NCBI GenBank assembly: GCA_041615815.1
Contig: JBFJCP010000013.1
Coordinates: forward strand, 42,704-106,703
DNA from: Gemmatimonadales bacterium
GTDB taxonomy: Bacteria > Gemmatimonadota > Gemmatimonadetes > Gemmatimonadales > GWC2-71-9
Direction: 5' to 3'
DNA length: 64,000 bases
In this document: positions 59,644-64,000 of the stretch, one piece after another
Layout: every line of letters begins with the position of its first letter
How positions within the stretch are numbered: position 1 is the stretch's first letter
Position numbers and translations under genes: made by a program
Notes under the pieces: generated by a model
Databases searched by the model: none
Told to the model about the DNA's origin: nothing
The model's input: only the letters and a program-made list of their open reading frames with translations

Positions 59644-60279
59644 ATGCCCCGTGAAATCATCGTGCGCTGGATCATTGACGGCGGCTCCTACGTGTCCCGA
59701 TTTCGGGAGAAGGAGCGCATCGTCAACCAGGCAGTGATCCCCATCCTCGCCACTCCCGCCGTGAAGGATTTCGCCACGGACTACTTCGTGAGCAAGCGGC
59801 GCGGCACCGAAGTGTGGCTCACCATGTTTGCATCCGACCGCGAAATTCCGCCGCTGCGTGAGGCGGTCGAAGGTGAGCTATACGACTTCGCGTGGCGTCA
59901 CGAACGCGTGGATGAGGGCGATCCGCTGCTGGCACCGGCTTTCCGCAGCTATCGTCGCCGACTGCGGGAGGTGACCGACGTTGCCCTCGACCTGCACGGC
60001 GATCCAAATCTGGTGGAGCATCAGATGTTCCTCATCCAGATTGCATGCGGGACCGACGACAACGCACGTGAGTTGCACGATTTCCTGGTCCAGTACAGCG
60101 CCACCTACGCCACCTTCCCCGAACATCACAAGATCGCCTTTTGGAACGAGTTTACTCAACCGGCGCCCGATTCCAGTCTTCCGGCCCCGATCCAGTGCTT
60201 CTGGAACATCGTCTTGGGATGCGAGCCCGCACCCGGCGGAAACCCGGCAGCCGTGGCGGATATGTTGGGAATAGCATAA
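59644..60279 (+). CDS. Hypothetical protein
   Basis: Host-like codon usage; no recognised motif. Confidence 0.7.
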   Translation: MPREIIVRWIIDGGSYVSRFREKERIVNQAVIPILATPAVKDFATDYFVSKRRGTEVWLTMFASDREIPPLREAVEGELYDFAWRHERVDEGDPLLAPAFRSYRRRLREVTDVALDLHGDPNLVEHQMFLIQIACGTDDNARELHDFLVQYSATYATFPEHHKIAFWNEFTQPAPDSSLPAPIQCFWNIVLGCEPAPGGNPAAVADMLGIA

Positions 60280-60362
60280 CTGTTGGCGGTCGGAAAGTCA
60301 GATAGACGGAAGGTCAAAATCGAAGGGCTGAAGATGAGAAGAGCGGAGACCGCGCCACCTGC

Positions 60363-61811
60363 TCACCTGATGACTCTTCCATGAGCGGTGGACCCCGCGG
60401 TTGTGGGTGCCGCTGCCACCACCCGGTCTCGTCCCCCCCGTTTTGCCACATAGCACGCCGCATCGGCGTCGCCAATGAGGCGCTGGCCACTCGCGGGCCA
60501 TTCTTCGGTGGCCGCGGTACCGAGGCTCAGCGTGACACGGATCGGATATCGCACCCCTTCGGTCACCAACGGCTGATCTGACACGGTCCGACGAATCCGT
60601 TCCGCGAGATTCCGGGCGTCGGCCGGCCCCGTGTGCGGGAGAAGTACCACAAACTCCTCGCCGCCCCATCGAAACAGGAGATCGTGTTCACGCATCACGC
60701 CCCGCACCCGATTCGGCAACAATCGGAGGACGCGGTCCCCGACCTCATGGCCGTAGGCATCGTTCACCCGTTTGAAGTCGTCGATATCAAAGAAGACGAC
60801 CGAGATCCCCTGATTCAAGCGCCGGCTGCGCTCGGCTTCTCGCTGGAAGAAATCGGCGAACGCGCGTCGGTTGTAGCACCCTGTGAGCGTGTCGCGTAGC
60901 GCCTCTCGACGCTCGCGCTCGCTGATACTGGCGAGGGCCGAGCTGAAGATCCACGCGGTGAGCAGCGTGACGGCGAAGAGCAGCCCCAGGAACAGGCCAA
61001 TCTGCGCAAACCGATCCAGCACACGTTCGCCCCCGGGTGTCGTTACCGTCGCGGCAACCTGAAGGGTCTCGGCCACCATGCCCACGCCGCGGAACACCAA
61101 GACTCCGAGCAGGCTGAGCGCCAGGAGTACGAAGCCCACCGCGCGGGGATAGCTGATTCGGCGACGTGGCGGAATCCCCACCTGCCGATCCATCCAGCGC
61201 CTGACGCCCGGGCCCCACCAGTGCAGCACCGGCGCGGTGATCAGCCAGAACTGCACGACATCGCCGATGACCCATCCCTGCCAGATCCGTTGACCTGTGA
61301 CGAGGTCCAGACCCTGTGTCTGGTTCCACATGAGGGCCGCGAGCGACGACGCCGTAGCGGCAATGAGGGTGACCGGCAAATACCGACTGAGATCCCGGAG
61401 CGTTCGCAGGTCGGGCTGAATCTGCAGCGTCACCATGGATCCCCAGATCAGCAGCAGCTCCACAGGCGTCGCCGCGGCAAACAGCACGGCAACGTCCAGG
61501 GTCATCCCGCCAAGCAACCCGCTCACCAGCGTGGCGGTGTAGGCGGGGATCATCCCCCAGAGGGGACCCATCCACACCGTGAGCAGCAGGGTCACGAGAA
61601 GAGGGGGATAGACCGTGACCCCCACCGTCACGCCGGCGATCGTGATGGGGAGACCGCTCCAGCCCAGGCGCGCCTCCAGGACGGCCGCCAGGATGCCCAG
61701 GAAACTGATCACGAGCCAAAGCGCAACGATGTTCCGGACCCCGGGTCTCCCTATCTCGCGCCATGCGATCGAGAGCGGCCACCACCCAGGTCCACGGTAG
61801 GGAGTCTCCAT
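60363..61811 (-). CDS. Membrane-bound diguanylate cyclase (multi-TM sensor plus GGDEF domain)
   Basis: D.LTG.YNRR, DIDDFKRVND.YGH..GD, RWGGEEF; RxxD I-site (REHD). Confidence 0.92.
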   Translation of the reverse strand: METPYRGPGWWPLSIAWREIGRPGVRNIVALWLVISFLGILAAVLEARLGWSGLPITIAGVTVGVTVYPPLLVTLLLTVWMGPLWGMIPAYTATLVSGLLGGMTLDVAVLFAAATPVELLLIWGSMVTLQIQPDLRTLRDLSRYLPVTLIAATASSLAALMWNQTQGLDLVTGQRIWQGWVIGDVVQFWLITAPVLHWWGPGVRRWMDRQVGIPPRRRISYPRAVGFVLLALSLLGVLVFRGVGMVAETLQVAATVTTPGGERVLDRFAQIGLFLGLLFAVTLLTAWIFSSALASISERERREALRDTLTGCYNRRAFADFFQREAERSRRLNQGISVVFFDIDDFKRVNDAYGHEVGDRVLRLLPNRVRGVMREHDLLFRWGGEEFVVLLPHTGPADARNLAERIRRTVSDQPLVTEGVRYPIRVTLSLGTAATEEWPASGQRLIGDADAACYVAKRGGRDRVVAAAPTTAGSTAHGRVIR

Positions 61812-62247
61812 GATCGGCCAATTTGAAACGGAATGACGGGAGGTGGGAAGGTTGGAAGGACGGTCGGCGGATCGGAAGATACCGACCACCGGACCGATCA
61901 GCCCCGGGGAGCGGCTCGGTGCGACGGGGACCAGTCGCGTGCGGGGGGATGGGGGTTGGGGTCCGGCGAAGGGCTAGTCGGTTGCTGGTAACTACCGTCC
62001 AAACAGCTGTCCCGCCGCCGGCGTTACCACTACCTCGAACCGGTCGCCTTGGCGGGCGTCTTCGGCAAAGAGCTCCGCCCGCGAGCTAACCGAATCCTGC
62101 CACACGATCACGATCAACAGCCCTCAAACTTAGGAAACCAGGAAGGCGGACCTCAGAATACGGTCTGACCGTCTTCCTGGTGTGGCCGTGGCAACGGGTG
62201 GACCCGCCGGGGCCGAGGAGTGATGTGGAGGGGGACCGCCGAGAAAG

Positions 62248-62319
62248 AGCCACCGGTCGGAATCGAACCGACGACCACTCGATTACGAATCGAGAGCTCT
62301 ACCTCTGAGCTACGGTGGC
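62248..62319 (-). tRNA. tRNA-Thr(CGT)
   Basis: GCCACCG/CGGTGGC acceptor stem; CTCGA-TT CGT AA-TCGAG anticodon arm; GGTTCGATTCC T-arm; CCA not encoded. Confidence 0.95.
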
Positions 62320-62362
62320 TGGTGCGCGGTGGGAACGACGAGGAATTCGACCTGAATTCGGA

Positions 62363-62389
62363 CCGCCAATCCCGCCAATCCCGCCAATC
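62363..62389. repeat. Three exact copies of CCGCCAATC in the tRNA spacer
   Basis: Direct reading. Confidence 0.85.
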
Positions 62390-62421
62390 CGCCGGGGTGG
62401 CGGAGGAGTAGCGGTGGATCA

Positions 62422-62503
62422 TGCCCTGGCCCGGATTCGAACCGGGACGGCTCTCGCCACTGCCCCCTCAAGACAGCGTGTCTACCAGTTCCACCACCAG
62501 GGC
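62422..62503 (-). tRNA. tRNA-Leu(GAG)
   Basis: GCCCTGG/CCAGGGC acceptor stem; CTGTC-TT GAG GG-GGCAG anticodon arm; long variable arm; GGTTCGAATCC; CCA not encoded. Confidence 0.95.
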
Positions 62504-62811
62504 GTGCTGAGGGGGCGTAACCCCCTGAGGGAGAGGAAGCTATCGGGAAATGGGGGGCGGGGTCAAGCGGTCGCGCGAGCGCTGCGGGCTCGGCGTGGCG
62601 GTGGCGGTGCCGCGTGATCGGCTTTCTTCGAAAAGCGGCGGCCGCAGACGCAGGGGCGTCCGGGCCCATCGGACGGACTACCCGTCACGCTGGACAGCGT
62701 CTTCTTGGCCTGGTCTCGATCCCCCTGGCCACCGGCGCCGAGACGTCACATTATGGGGGGATCCGTCAGCAGCGACCCGCACGCACCCGTCTAAGGAAAA
62801 AGGGGGGAGTC

Positions 62812-63912
62812 ATGCTCCGCCGTCCGGCCTCTCTCTACACTGTGCTTCTCATTTGGCCAACCGCGATGTTCGCTCAAGGAGGCGAGTCGGCGCCCCAGTC
62901 GATGATGACCGACGTCCCGCTGTTCGCCGCCCACGAGGCCATCAACTTCACGATCGAGGCACCGCTCGAGAGCATCATGAAGCAGCGAGATCAAGAGAGC
63001 GAGGAGATGCCAGGTGCCGTGATGATCGAGTCACCGGAAGGCGTGCAGGTCACGGTTCCCGTGAAGATTCGAACGCGTGGCAAGGCGCGCCTGCAAAAAC
63101 GGGTGTGCAAGTTCCCCCCACTACGGCTCAACTTCCCCCAGGACTCCGTGGCCGGGACCCCGTTCGAGGGTCAGGACAAACTCAAGCTGGTAACGCACTG
63201 TCAGGACGACCGGGAGGAGTACGAGCAGTACGTGCTGCTCGAGTACTTGATCTACCGCACGTACCAGATGTTCACCGACATGAGCTTCCGGGTTCGCCTC
63301 GCCAAGATCACGTATCACAACACGGAGAAAGAAGACGAACCGGTCACGCGGTACGGCTTCCTGATCGAGGACGAGGACATGATGGCGGCCCGGGCTGGTT
63401 GGCAGTATTTGAAGCTCCCCGTCATTCCGCCGACGTCCGTCGACCCTGCCAACCTCGCCCTCCTCGAGATGTTCGAGTACTTCATTGGCAACACGGACTT
63501 CTCCGCATTCATGCGGGAGCCCGAGAAAGATGAGTGCTGCCACAATACCAAACCCATCGGGAACCCCGCGGGGCCGGTGTTCTCGGTGCCGTATGACTTC
63601 GACCTTGCGGGGCTCCTCGACACCCGCTATGCGAACCGTCTGTATCGGGGGAACCTCGAGAAGATGGAGCTCCGCTCCGTACGGGATCGCTTATATCGTG
63701 GATGGTGCGAGTCTCGGACCCACGTGCCCGACATCATCCAAGCGTTCAACGAAAAACGCGACCCCATCTACGAACTCTACAGACAACAGCCTGATCTCGA
63801 GCCCAAGGTGCTCGAGGAGACGCTCGAATACTTCGACAAGTTCTACGAGACGATCAACGACGAGCGGAAGACCAAGCGGCAGATCTACGACAAGTGCCGC
63901 GCACTGCAGTAG
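62812..63912 (+). CDS. Secreted hypothetical protein with CotH-like atypical kinase motifs
   Basis: Signal peptide; TRG..R...C.FPPLRL, KLKLVTHC, EYLIYR.Y, IGNTD, HN, PYDFD. Confidence 0.7.
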   Translation: MLRRPASLYTVLLIWPTAMFAQGGESAPQSMMTDVPLFAAHEAINFTIEAPLESIMKQRDQESEEMPGAVMIESPEGVQVTVPVKIRTRGKARLQKRVCKFPPLRLNFPQDSVAGTPFEGQDKLKLVTHCQDDREEYEQYVLLEYLIYRTYQMFTDMSFRVRLAKITYHNTEKEDEPVTRYGFLIEDEDMMAARAGWQYLKLPVIPPTSVDPANLALLEMFEYFIGNTDFSAFMREPEKDECCHNTKPIGNPAGPVFSVPYDFDLAGLLDTRYANRLYRGNLEKMELRSVRDRLYRGWCESRTHVPDIIQAFNEKRDPIYELYRQQPDLEPKVLEETLEYFDKFYETINDERKTKRQIYDKCRALQ

Positions 63913-64000
63913 AACGGAGCGGCAAGCGGACAGACCCATAACGGAGTGGTAACGGCAAGGCCGCAACGTGAGATCGGGCGGCGCGGGGAATCCCCGCGCC

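Noticed and set aside
61990..62120. About 41-codon minus-strand ORF (MIVIVWQDSV...GQLFGR)
   Set aside because: Too short, no recognisable motif; cannot be supported without a search.
62150..62320. Genomic island integrated at tRNA-Thr
   Set aside because: No integrase and no duplicated tRNA 3' end noticed in the window.

Overview
GC-rich bacterial chromosomal window, probably Gemmatimonadota (inferred from the gene families present, not proven). It holds about 50 CDSs and two tRNAs (Thr-CGT, Leu-GAG). The CDSs include two membrane Ser/Thr kinases, many lipoproteins, an Opp/Dpp-type ABC transporter lacking its ATPase, pyruvate kinase, citrate synthase, three acyl-CoA ligases, a penicillin acylase, an NSS transporter, TerC, two DinB proteins, the TIGR03545/03546 pair and a diguanylate cyclase. 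I saw no CRISPR array, rRNA, transposase or integrase. Main signals: (1) two divergent four-helix-bundle genes (TIGR02436/23S-IVP/Avd-like), each enclosed by its own pair of inverted degenerate tandem arrays (9-mer and 7-mer); similar 7/8/9-mer arrays occur in roughly 20 intergenic gaps and in frame inside two enzymes, suggesting an undescribed repeat-associated element; (2) a selenoprotein split by the ORF track (DUF3179, UxxC, with a clean SECIS-like hairpin); (3) a translationally coupled operon of lipoprotein, kinase-PEGA, TPR protein and beta-barrel that could signal across the envelope; (4) a perfect 28-bp palindrome with a CRP-type core; (5) a CTG-initiated serine hydrolase and a MocR-like gene remnant, both absent from the ORF track.
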